Positions 11,203-21,467 of a DNA stretch of 64,000 nucleotides are shown one piece after another. Source of the DNA: Podarcis gaigeae (lineage: Eukaryota); assembly GCA_964106915.2 (NCBI GenBank), contig OZ066919.1, one strand, 5' to 3'. The translations under genes were made by a program, and so were the position numbers. The first letter of the stretch is position 1. Every line of letters starts with the position of its first letter. Under the pieces are notes generated by a model. That model was given only the letters and a program-made list of their open reading frames with translations. It was not told the origin of the DNA and made no database searches.

Positions 11203-13109
11203 CTGGAATAAAAAAGAAGCATAACAGATGTACTCAGCAGAGATGGGGGCTCCAGCTCCCATCAGCCCCAGCCAGCATGGCCACAGTGGTCAGGGATGTT
11301 GGGAACTAGTGCAAAATCCCATGTCCCTAAACTAGAGGATGACACTATGCAAAAGAGGATATTCTGGTAGATGAAAAGGGACTGTACCAACCTGAAGGAT
11401 TTACAATCCAGCATATTTCACACAAGGTGGTGCAGCGTTGGGGAGCTGAGGCGGGTCATGGCCTTGGGCACAGAATTCTGAGGGGGTGCAACCTAGCACG
11501 CCCATGACAGGCTCCCGTGCCAAGGCCTCATGGCTACTTCCTTACGGAGTTGTGGGGAAGTGAGCTGTGCCCAGGCCCAGGCCTTCAGGGCTGTGGCACC
11601 TCCTCCTCCTCCTCCTCCTCCTCCTCCTCCTCCTCCTCCTCCTAATTTATTACTTAGACACCTCCCATCTGGCTGGGCCTCCCCAGCCACTCTGGGCGGT
11701 TTCCAACAGGGTATTAAAAACAATAAAACATGGCCAGTGAAGAGACATCTGCCTCAGGGCGGAAATCCCACCAGCCCTGGACTTTTCCCAGCCAGCACTG
11801 GTCCTCCCCTTAGGCCTTCCTCCCATGTGTCCTTGGGCAAGGGGCGCAGAGAGGAGTGCAGCCAACTCACCTCTGGCGCTGCAGGGATGCCACCAAGCCC
11901 ACCAAGGAGCACAAGCCACCACTCACGCAGGGAGTTTGACAAGCTGAGAGGGCAAATGCGGCAACCCACAGGTAACCTCCATGAGGAGCCGTTGCAGCAG
12001 AGGCACAGTGAAATGTGCCTGCTGTGTTGCCTCACGTGCAACACCCACAAGGAGGTTATGGGGTGAAATCCTTGCCTGGGCACTGCTCCCATTTATCCAT
12101 TAACTACAAGCAGAACTTTGTAAGAAAAGACTTACAAGCTCCTACTTCATCAGAACAGTCACCGCAGTCATTGATTCCATTACATTTTTTGTCTGCGTAG
12201 ACCCAAACCTTGCGGTTGCTGCAATAAAATATCAAGTATCCTGGAAGGTTGTTGGGCAAATCATCTACAAAAAAATAAAGAAAGAAGCAGAAGCGGTGAG
12301 GGGAGAAAATGCTGTATTGCGCAAAATATATACTGGGTAAAAACAGCAGTGGCTTACAATGTGGTAATTACCGGTAGTAATAAATAACAATACAATTAAG
12401 GCAATCTTGATACTCTCACTGAACTCAATGGGACTTTCTTCTGAACAGACAAGTACAAGTTTGCATCGTAAGCTGCATAGCTCTTCAAAGTAAAACAGCA
12501 TACATGGGAGGTGGGGGTGTGTGTTGAAGTTCATTCCAAAAACATTGTCTGTGAAGAGAACATCCCTCTCCTTACTTTGCAGGTGGAAAATGAAAGTCAT
12601 TCAGAAGTTCAATTACTAAGACAATATTCACACTATTTCTGTTGAAGCAACTACATTTATTTAGCTACCATCTCTTTCTTTAAAAGGACTTTTAAAAACA
12701 ATAATAAAGGATGTTGTTAAAGGCTTTGCTTAGATATACAGACTACCAAATAGCAGCTGGAGGCGGAGGAGAGGACAGAGGATGAAGAAGGAGAAGTGGG
12801 GGGGGGGCTTTTCGCATCCACTGGACCCTCTGGGAAACTCAACAAACTGCTGTACCTGCAACCAAGTTTGGAGAGTGCAGTTGAATGGGACACAGCTGTG
12901 GGCAGCCTGAGGAAGTACAATCCACCTTAGGTCTGCCCTTCCAAAACAAAACAAAAACAAGTCTAGAGTAAGAGACTAGGATGATGTCTGGTGTTTCTAG
13001 AACTCTTATTGTTTTGAGACTTTTCGGCTTGAGCTGAAAGTTTGTTTGGACCCTGGGTGATAACTCAGAGGCTGAGAGGAAGGGTGCGCCAGAAGGAAAA
13101 TTAATTGAG

Positions 13110-13153
<44 letters not shown>

Positions 13154-16100
13154 CTTTGTGTTAATGTAACTTTTTATATGTAACTTCTTTAAGTTATCCA
13201 TTGCTGCTTCAGGTATTTTTTACACTGCTGAGAGATATTTTGAGGCCACTTCAGTGCTGCTAACACAGTGGTTTGACTTAACCCCCAGAGGCGCACTCCA
13301 GTGTCTCTCAAGACAGACGGATGCCAGCAACAACAACATAGTAATTAAATAATCAAAATCAAATCACATTTTGAGGATTTATTAAAGTAGAAACTGAAAT
13401 AGTCTTCTTCCAAGTGATGACTGGGCTGCAGGTATATTGTTATTGATATGTGAGAACTCCTGGCAGAGTTCACAACTTGACTTCAACCTACAACTTCAGT
13501 TCAGGCTACATCAGTCCACTTGAAGAGGTCCTGAATCCTGATGCTGCTGTTCTGTTCTCTTGTCTATTCACACATGGAAATAATCACTAGATGCTGAATC
13601 GACTGATTGCAGAACATGTATGTGTGACCTCATCCTCAGTCTGCTTCTGTTTTCCTCACCATCTAACTTGCTATAGCTTGAAGCTTTATAAAATGGCTGA
13701 GTTATGGTGGGGAAAAGCTTGAGGCATTAACTGGGCATGGTAAGAGGGGGATTTAAGCAAATATTCTTACCGCATAGTGTCCCTTGCTCATCCTCCCCAT
13801 TTGCACAATTTTGTCTTGCATCACAGACCTGGCTGGCTGGAATGCAGCTAGCTCTGTTGTCACATAAAAAGCCTGTCTGATTACTGGAGGTCACACATAA
13901 ACGATTTACTGAAAAATAAAATTGAGATGAAACAATGGAGGATACTGAGAAAGAAATGATCAGACCGAATCAGACCCCAACCCCCAGTACTATAGTGATA
14001 CATTCAAATAATCCAGTTTTGACCCATAGCCATGTTGGGATGCATCACACATAAATAATGGCCATGAATGAGTTTGCAAATATATGGAATCTTTTGCGTT
14101 GCTCATGTTGATTGCAATAGAGTTTGCATGTGAGAATTGCCGGATGGATTGTGTCTTGTGCCTTACCAGATTCCCAACAAAGCTATGACTATTTAAGGTG
14201 GTATTGTGCACATGTGGCCTTAGTCTTGCCCATTATTTCCAATGGATCTACTCTGAGTAGAATAAACACTGGACACAGCCCCACTGAAAGTATTACTCCA
14301 GTTGGCAGTAGTTTGGTCACCATCATAATAACGAAAGCTAGAAATGACTGACCTGGTGTATGTGGAGGGATGCCAATTGTGACCACCAATGCAATGACAG
14401 TAGCGATGACACCAAGTATACCAAGACCAATGGCAGACACGCAGATACATTGTTGGGTGCAAGGGATGCATGCACAGCAATCTTTGCAGCAACCTTGCAG
14501 GCCCTGTATAGTACCTGTCACAGAGGGAAGACTTAAAGATCAATTCCAAATATACCCTCACACTAAATTTGTACGAAAATCCACACTGAGGACATTGGCT
14601 TCTGCTACTCCCTACTAATTAACCCATATTGAAATTATCCCATGGGTATTTAATTCTATGTTATATAGAACATAACTGTACAAGACTTTATACCCAAAGG
14701 TTTCAACTCGTACCACACCTAACACACACACCTGTCCCATTTATGCTAAAAAAAATAATGCTGGTAACATGTAGGTCATGCCCTAATATTTGCATTTCTT
14801 CATATATATTGCCTTAAGTGCAAGCGGCTGACCTTCTGCAAAGCTCATCTTCTTGCTTCTCAAGAGCCAATGTATGTTCTAGGCAGAGGTGGAGAAAGGT
14901 GGGTGCGGGCCGCCCTGGGTGCCATCCCTGAGGGGGGTTGACATCGCTGCCCTGCCCCCGAAGCTCGCTGCAGGCTGCACCCCCCCCCCAGGAGACTTGC
15001 GCCGCCCGGCACACCCTCCAGGAGGCTCGCAGCGGCCGGCGCACCCCCCTGGGACACATGCTCCCCACCCCTGGGATGCTCGCCCTGCCTCTGTGGGCGG
15101 CTAGCCCTGCTCCCAAGTGCACGCTGCTCCAGAAGCTGGAGCAGCTAGCTTCACCTCTGGTTCTAGTACCTTTTTTCCCCAGTCTGAGGGTTGCATTCCC
15201 TTCTGGGCGTGGGGGTCACATGCCACTGGTGGGCAGGGCCAGAGGAAAAGGTAGGTGGAGCAACAGATACAATGCTTACCTTTGTATAGGCAATTACTTT
15301 CTAGGTAAGCAAAGCCAGAAGTTTCACACACCCACACCTGTCCATCCGCCAGGAAAGAAAGAAAGGCAAGCAAAGACACCACAGGAGAGTGCAGAGGAGG
15401 GACAGTGTAGCCTAAGGAGAGTCTTGAGGGCCAGATCATAGCTGTCAACATTTCCCTTTTTTAAAGGAAAATTCCCTTATTCCGAAAAGGATTCCTCGCA
15501 AGTAAAGGGAAAAGTTGACAGCTATGGGCCAGAGTACTGGATGGTCACATTTGGTATCTGGGCCTAAGGTTTCCTATCCCTGTTCAAAGCTAAATTACGT
15601 GGTAGCACTTTATGAACATATGAAGCTGCTGTCAGACCATTTATTTATTTGGTCCAGTGTTCTCGACTCTGACTGGCAATGGCTCACTAAAGTGTCTTCT
15701 TAATTTGAGATGTCAAAAAGACTGAATCTGGGAACAAAGCATGTGCTCTACCAGACCCTCCAAGTGTCCCTATTTTCCAGGGACGTCCCTGATTTAGAGA
15801 AGCCATCCCGGTTTCTGATTTGATCCCTGAATGCCCCATTTTTCCTTAGGGTGTCCCTATTTTCATTGGAGAAATGTTGGAGGGTATGGAGTTATCCGAC
15901 CTCCGAGCCATCTGAAGGCAACTCTGTATAGAGAAGGGTTTTTTTCATGTTTCATGTTTTATTATGTTTTTATATATGTTGGAAGCTGCCCAGAGTGATT
16001 GGGGCAATCTAGCAAGATGTGTGGGGTATAAATAGTAAAAATTAGCTGACTAATGTATTGTGTAATCTCAGTCCCAGTGCTCATAACTTGCCTTTAGGTG

Positions 16101-17200
16101 ATTAACTGCCTTCCTTTTACAAGGTGCTCAAGAATTAGCTGCAACTGCCTTGAATCATTGCAATGTCTTCCCTCAGAGCTTTTGTACTAGAATCCACCTA
16201 TGGTACAAGACAGAAGTTGCATAGGCAGCAATGAAGCAAGCTAGAAAAGTTGAAATGGAATGTGTGGGGGATGATCTCCCTCTTCCTGTCCCCCACTGCA
16301 TATTTGTTTTTAGTTTCATCCATCACTCTAGTAAGAAGAAAAGAATGCAGGAAATGCTGCAACTGAAATATTTTAATGTATTTTTTAAAATGCTATTTGT
16401 TACCCACTGTTCATTATAATTTAAATCCAAACAGGGGTATAATGCCAATAAAATGTATTAAAACCATACCAACAATTAAGAAGACTCTTCATATTGTTAT
16501 GAAGACATACCTGATGAGTTATACTTATATGTTTTCTAACAACAGACCACTGCCTATAGGATACTGCTTTTGAATGAACTAAAAGCATTTTTCATTTTGT
16601 AGCCAAATAATACACTACTGAAAATGAAACAACTTTCAAATACTGTAAACTATAGAAACATCAATTGTCAAGAAGTATATGAGCCAAGTAGTATATAAGC
16701 AGAGATTTCCTCTTTTTGAAAGGACAACTTTAGTTCATAAACTAATCAGTTCCCAGCATTTTTCAACTGCTTTTTGTAAGAGTACCAATTACCTCTGTTA
16801 GCAGTAAAGAGAGATTTTGTTGAACCAAATGAAGCTCCTTCAATATTCTGTAATTAACAGAAATAAAATAAAATTATCTTGCCTTCATTGTGAGGGAGAA
16901 GATTGTTTTTAAGGAAACACAAGGCATTACATTGTCTGTAATTACGGTGCATTCAGTATTCGGATAGAATCCCTATCTGCATACATTCAAAAACATGTAA
17001 CTAACATACAGAGATTTAATTAAAACTATAATTTTTAGTTTTGATTCCAGTTTGCTACTGGTAAAATAGAGATACAGAGGTTTCCAGCGTGTCTACTTTC
17101 TAATAGCAATAAGAGCTAGCTGATCAATTGTATTAAAAGTAATAATTACATCCCCCCACAATAGAATGGATGCTATTACCTGAGGATGAATTCTGTTCAT
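11054..17200 (-). CDS. LDLRAD1: LDL receptor class A domain-containing protein 1, complement(join(11054..11202,12136..12264,13771..13908,14353..14514,16793..16847,17180..17200)), 217 aa
   Basis: GT-AG exons sum to 654 nt in an open frame: MNRIHPQ / NIEGASFGSTKSLFTANR / TM exon / GFLCDNRASCIPASQVCD..NCANGEDE / WVYADKKCNGINDCGDCSDE / [36 protein letters not shown]. Three LDLa-type modules, and the position is syntenic. Confidence 0.94.
11599..11643. repeat. (CCT)n microsatellite adjoining an L2-like 3' tail (11645-11730)
   Basis: About 15 CCT units; source of the poly-Pro/poly-Gly pseudo-ORFs in the track. Confidence 0.9.
12136..12264 (-). CDS. LDLRAD1: LDLRAD1 coding exon 5 (LDLa module 2)
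   Basis: ttgtag|AT GAT TTG..GCT T|gtaagt; DLPNNLPGYLIFYCSNRKVWVYADKKCNGINDCGDCSDEVGA. Confidence 0.93.
13112..13152. repeat. (CA)n microsatellite
   Basis: About 20 CA units. Confidence 0.95.
13771..13908 (-). CDS. LDLRAD1: LDLRAD1 coding exon 4 (LDLa module 1)
   Basis: tttcag|TA AAT CGT..TGC G|gtaaga; LCVTSSNQTGFLCDNRASCIPASQVCDARQNCANGEDEQGTLC. Confidence 0.93.
14353..14514 (-). CDS. LDLRAD1: LDLRAD1 coding exon 3 (Cys cluster + transmembrane helix)
   Basis: tgacag|GT ACT ATA..CCA G|gtcagt; VSAIGLGILGVIATVIALVVTIGIP. Confidence 0.9.
14884..15159. mobile_element. GC-rich hAT-type MITE, 276 bp
   Basis: Ends CAGAGGTGGAG / CTTCACCTCTG; 8-bp TSD GTTCTAGG / GTTCTAGT (7/8). Confidence 0.7.
15437..15526. 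mobile_element. 90-bp hairpin MITE (hAT-like)
   Basis: Perfect 13-bp TIR CATAGCTGTCAAC/GTTGACAGCTATG; 8-bp TSD GGCCAGAT / GGCCAGAG (7/8). Confidence 0.8.
16793..16847 (-). CDS. LDLRAD1: LDLRAD1 coding exon 2
   Basis: ttacag|AAT ATT GAA...AGA G|gtaatt, 55 nt, phase 0 to 1 bridging exons 1 and 3. Confidence 0.8.
17180..17200 (-). CDS. LDLRAD1: LDLRAD1 coding exon 1 (21 nt, MNRIHPQ)
   Basis: ATG AAC AGA ATT CAT CCT CAG|gtaata; resembles the human start MNKVFPQ. Confidence 0.85.
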
Positions 17201-18091
17201 TTCCCCCCTGACTGCTGCAGGATTATGTTAATTAATAGGCAGAGTTGTTCTGGCAATGTTTCCATCAATGTTCACTTCAAATTGTGTTGCTTAGGTATGA
17301 AAGGAGGAACTAGCCTCTTTCAAGCTGCCTTGCTTTATTAGCTCACCAAGCCACTAAATACATTCCTGGGGTAACGTTACCAGGCTACTAAGAGAAACAG
17401 AGGTAGGAAAAAGAAAGTCATTCCAACCCCATTCATACCTATGAAACAGAGTAAGCATAAACTCAAGAAGCCCCATTAGCTTCTCCTCTAGCTAGTGCCA
17501 CAAATAATAAAAAAATGTCTCAGCCCCTACTGGGCATATTACTAAACGTCACACACAGGTAGCACTGAGTAACACTGGAAATACACTACAGGCATGAATG
17601 CTGCCCTTTCAAAGCTTTAGGGAACAAATTGCTAGTTTCATGTTCTTAACTTTAAAGTATTTTGATACAGGTGCCAACCCTTTGGTTTCTTCTCTACTAA
17701 CCTGGTTTAGGAAGTGTTCCATTTTAGCTGATATCGCAAAGTAGATTATAACTGTAAATCTTCTGTTTACACAAGTTGTTTCATGGTTGTAGTGCTTATT
17801 TCCTTCTTTAAATACACTCTCACAATAATTAAATGTGTGTGGGGGGGTTAATTTATAAAGCAACTTTTATTTCAATCGACAAGTTACGATGTTTAGATGG
17901 AAGTGCGGAAAGGTTCAAACCCTTTAAGGACTTTTCCTACTGAACGAACAAAAATATGTCTGTACTAATGACTGAACTTTGTTTTTGTTTTGAAGATTTT
18001 GAGGCAGAACCTTCCAATATGCTAAAGCTCAGCTACTCGAAGGAAACAAACCACTGGCCCTTCAATAAGGCCCTTGCAGGAACGTGTAGAG

Positions 18092-18427
18092 CAGAGGTGG
18101 GGCCAAATGCAACCCCCTTCCAGCTTATGTCTGGCCCTCAGAACTTTGCCCAGGCCACAGCCCCTCTCCTCAGGCAACACCCATCATTAGCCCTAATACA
18201 CACCACAAATACAGTATTTTTGCCTGGTTGGAATGTGCCTGTAGACTCCGATGCCTCTTGCTTGCATGGAAAAGGGTGTAAATGTGTATAGAAACTGAAT
18301 ATATGTACTGTACATTTGTTGCTCTAGCCACTTTTGCTTCTGGTTCCACCCACTTTTGGCGGGCAGCCCTCTGACATTTGCCCAGAGGGGAATGTGTTCC
18401 TCAAGCCAAAAATATTGCCCTCCTCTG
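18092..18427. mobile_element. Old hAT-type MITE
   Basis: CAGAGG...CCTCTG ends; TSD GTGTAGAG / CTGTAGAG (7/8). Confidence 0.65.
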
Positions 18428-21314
18428 CTGTAGAGCTCATTCTGGAGCAAGAATTAAGACTCATTACCAGAACATTTGGGGTTCCAGAAAAATGCAGTTT
18501 AGAAATGACCTAAGTCAAGGGTGGGAGGAGCTAGAGATCAGCTTCCATTAGTCCCAGCCACCATGACCAGTGGTCAAAGCTGATGGGAAGCTGTAGCCCC
18601 AATAACTCCTGGAATGCCACATATTTCCATCTCTAATGTAAGGCATGTCAATCAATTCTGCCAAGGAACCTTGCCTTGGCCAACTCGCCTCTTTCAGTAA
18701 ATACACAAAGCTCCTAAGTTTCACCATCAAGTCTACCTAAGATAAGGGCACCTAGTGCTAGGAGCCAAGCTTGAAAATGGTCCAGAAAATAGATGGATAC
18801 GTGCATATTTTCTGAAAAAATTAGCAAGGCAAAACTAATTGGGTAGCCCAATATTCAGTTCAGCCAGTTAATTTTGAAGCGTGTTTATAATATAGGCTTT
18901 TGTAGACTTTGTGGACAAAACAATGTTTAAGCACTATTAAGACATCAATTATCTTTGTTACTGAACACAATGGATTTTATTGATCTCCAAAGCTGGAGCA
19001 GAACAGTTCAGTTCTGTGAAATGAAGTATGAAACAAGATCAATGTTTTATATTTAATGGACAGGTATTTTTCAACTGGCTGATCTGAATCACCGGAAGAG
19101 AGCTTTCAGTGTTGCTTTTCAGACCAACCACAACCACAAGTTTGGTAGACTGACATGGTTGCTAACAGGGGACCACTGACTTCTCCTCCTAAAAAAAGTA
19201 GTACATTAAGTAGCACTAGTTCTTTTAGCCATTGATTTATTGTAGACCTTTAAACAGATTTCAGCTCAAGTTGTCACAGTGAGAGAAGAATCCAGTAACA
19301 TCATAGCAATATGGAATTCTTAGTTCAACAATACTGAACCTTCAAAGTAAGGGTACTACATTTCAGTCCATTTAACCTTTACTGTGTATAGTCTGGATTA
19401 TTTTGCAAAGGCATCTCCTAAAACAAGAATCCAAATGAAAAACAAATGTATAAGTTAAAGCAAATGTAGTTGAAATAATTGGTGCATAATACAACAGTAT
19501 TTTAGCACAGCAAGTGAAAAATCAAGACAACTGATATTGCAGAAGTTATCGTACAACACAAACAGCAACTGAGCTGCAAAAGTTGCTTGAAAGTAACTAT
19601 TTCACAGATTGATAAAGGAGTGTCCATGGTTTCTCGCTTTAAGAAATAGCGCAAGTTTTAAACTTCAGAATTTGTATTGACTAAATGAAACCACAGCAAT
19701 ATAACTTGCTTAATGATTGCCCTTGCAAGTTATTCTATTAGTCTCCAATTGATCAACTTTTAGACAGAAAACCTCATTTTCTACCACCACTGTATTAGAG
19801 AATCATCAACTTTATAATTATGCAGAGATGCTGTCAATAGTGATATTTATAGAGAATGGCATACCAATTTTATTGGCTTGTTACTTCACTGTAGAGTTTA
19901 CAATAGTTGCCTCTTCTGTTGTTCGTCATTTACTTGAAGCATGGATGCTTCAGTAAACCGAATAAAGATGCTTATTATTTTTCAGAACATTTTTACCAAT
20001 TAGCAAGGGTAAAATAAAATTTAAAACATTAAAGATTTTTAGAGCACTTGTAAAAAAATACTGAAATAAAATTCCCAATTCAACACATTTAGAATTATAT
20101 TAACAATAAATTAGAACTTGCAAACTCCCCTGGAAAGTACTGATTTATAAAACTGCATTAGACAAGACATTTGTTTGGTCACAAGCCTGAATGTAACAAT
20201 TTATTCTTATTCATTAAGTAGGTTTTTAAAAGCTGGCCATGTCCCAGATAGGGTTAAGTGTAAACTGTGTCTGGGTTTATGCATAGTGGGAAACCATGAT
20301 TATCTATTCCAAGAATGAGTTCCAACATCCTTAGGCTTGTGAGTATCTTCCCTGCTTTGTGCCCCAGAGGAAGAAATTGAAAACTTTTTATTTCAGTTTT
20401 GAACTAACAGATCCTAACAACAGCTCTGTATAGCGAACACAAGCCAGGATCAAACCATGGTTTCAGATCTTGGCTGGCATCTGCATAAGAGGGAAGTGTG
20501 GCTAGTTTAAAATTGAAAGTAGCATTTATCAATTTCAACTGGTGTGTGAAAGAGTGTGAGAGTCAAGAGACTTCTTGTGAGCAAGTCAATGTCAAATATA
20601 CCAATGTCCGATATACACAGAAATTTTTGTCTGCCACCAATGTTGCTTGTTTTTTAGGGAAAGGTTGTTGTTGTTTAAATTAGTAATTTCTCTGAGCTGA
20701 CAAGTGTAGCAAATGAAAGCCAGGGAAGCTTATTTGTTTTAGGATACAGAAGTGACACCATAATAGATTCCTCTATACATTAAAGTTTTATTTCTGACCC
20801 ACAGTACTTCAGTGCCAGAAACTGGCACAAAGGTCAACAAAAATGTACTCTTATTGTGGAAAATGAGCCATTTGAAGCAATAAGGATTTCTAAGCAATTC
20901 TACATGTTAGTTTCATTTATCCACAGCTGAGAAGACAACTTAAAAGGCATCTTTGACCACAAAAAATTGCTTACACTATTAGAAACAAGATTCCAAATAT
21001 ACACTCTGATACCAACAGATGTTCATAATTTGAAAATACCACAACCTTAATGTATAGACAATACTTACGATTTTTGGTAAGGAAAAAAAAAAAGATGCAA
21101 ATAAATGTAAATTCTCTACAAACCCCATTTGCTCAACACAATTTCCTTTACTCGTGGAAAATGAGATTGAATTCCATGACAGTATAACAGTAATCAATTA
21201 TGTAACTTTATTTGAATCTGAACTTTGACTACCCCTGCAAAAGCCTCTTCATTGGAAAAAGTCACCAAAGTTAACAGAAGTCTTAGAATAAGATAATGAA
21301 TTCATTTTTTAAAT

Positions 21315-21467
21315 CTATATTGCTGACTGAGTCAAGTTAACTTTTGTAGGTAGAGGTCCAGCTTCTTCTTCATCAGCCTTGCATTTAACCACAATGAGAG
21401 CAGAAGTTGGGTATCGATTCAGTTTTTGTTCATTCATGTATTCCAAATCCCCATAGATACTCAGCTT
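21315..21467 (-). CDS. TMEM59: TMEM59 last coding exon
   Basis: ttttag|AAG CTG AGT ATC TAT (KLSIYGDLEYMNEQKLNRYP..TQSAI*). Confidence 0.95.
   Translation of the reverse strand, partial: KLSIYGDLEYMNEQKLNRYPTSALIVVKCKADEEEAGPLPTKVNLTQSAI

Noticed and set aside
11493-12092. 178-aa poly-Pro ORF and overlapping ORFs
   Set aside because: Produced by a (CCT)n microsatellite and GC-rich repeat debris in an LDLRAD1 intron; no domain
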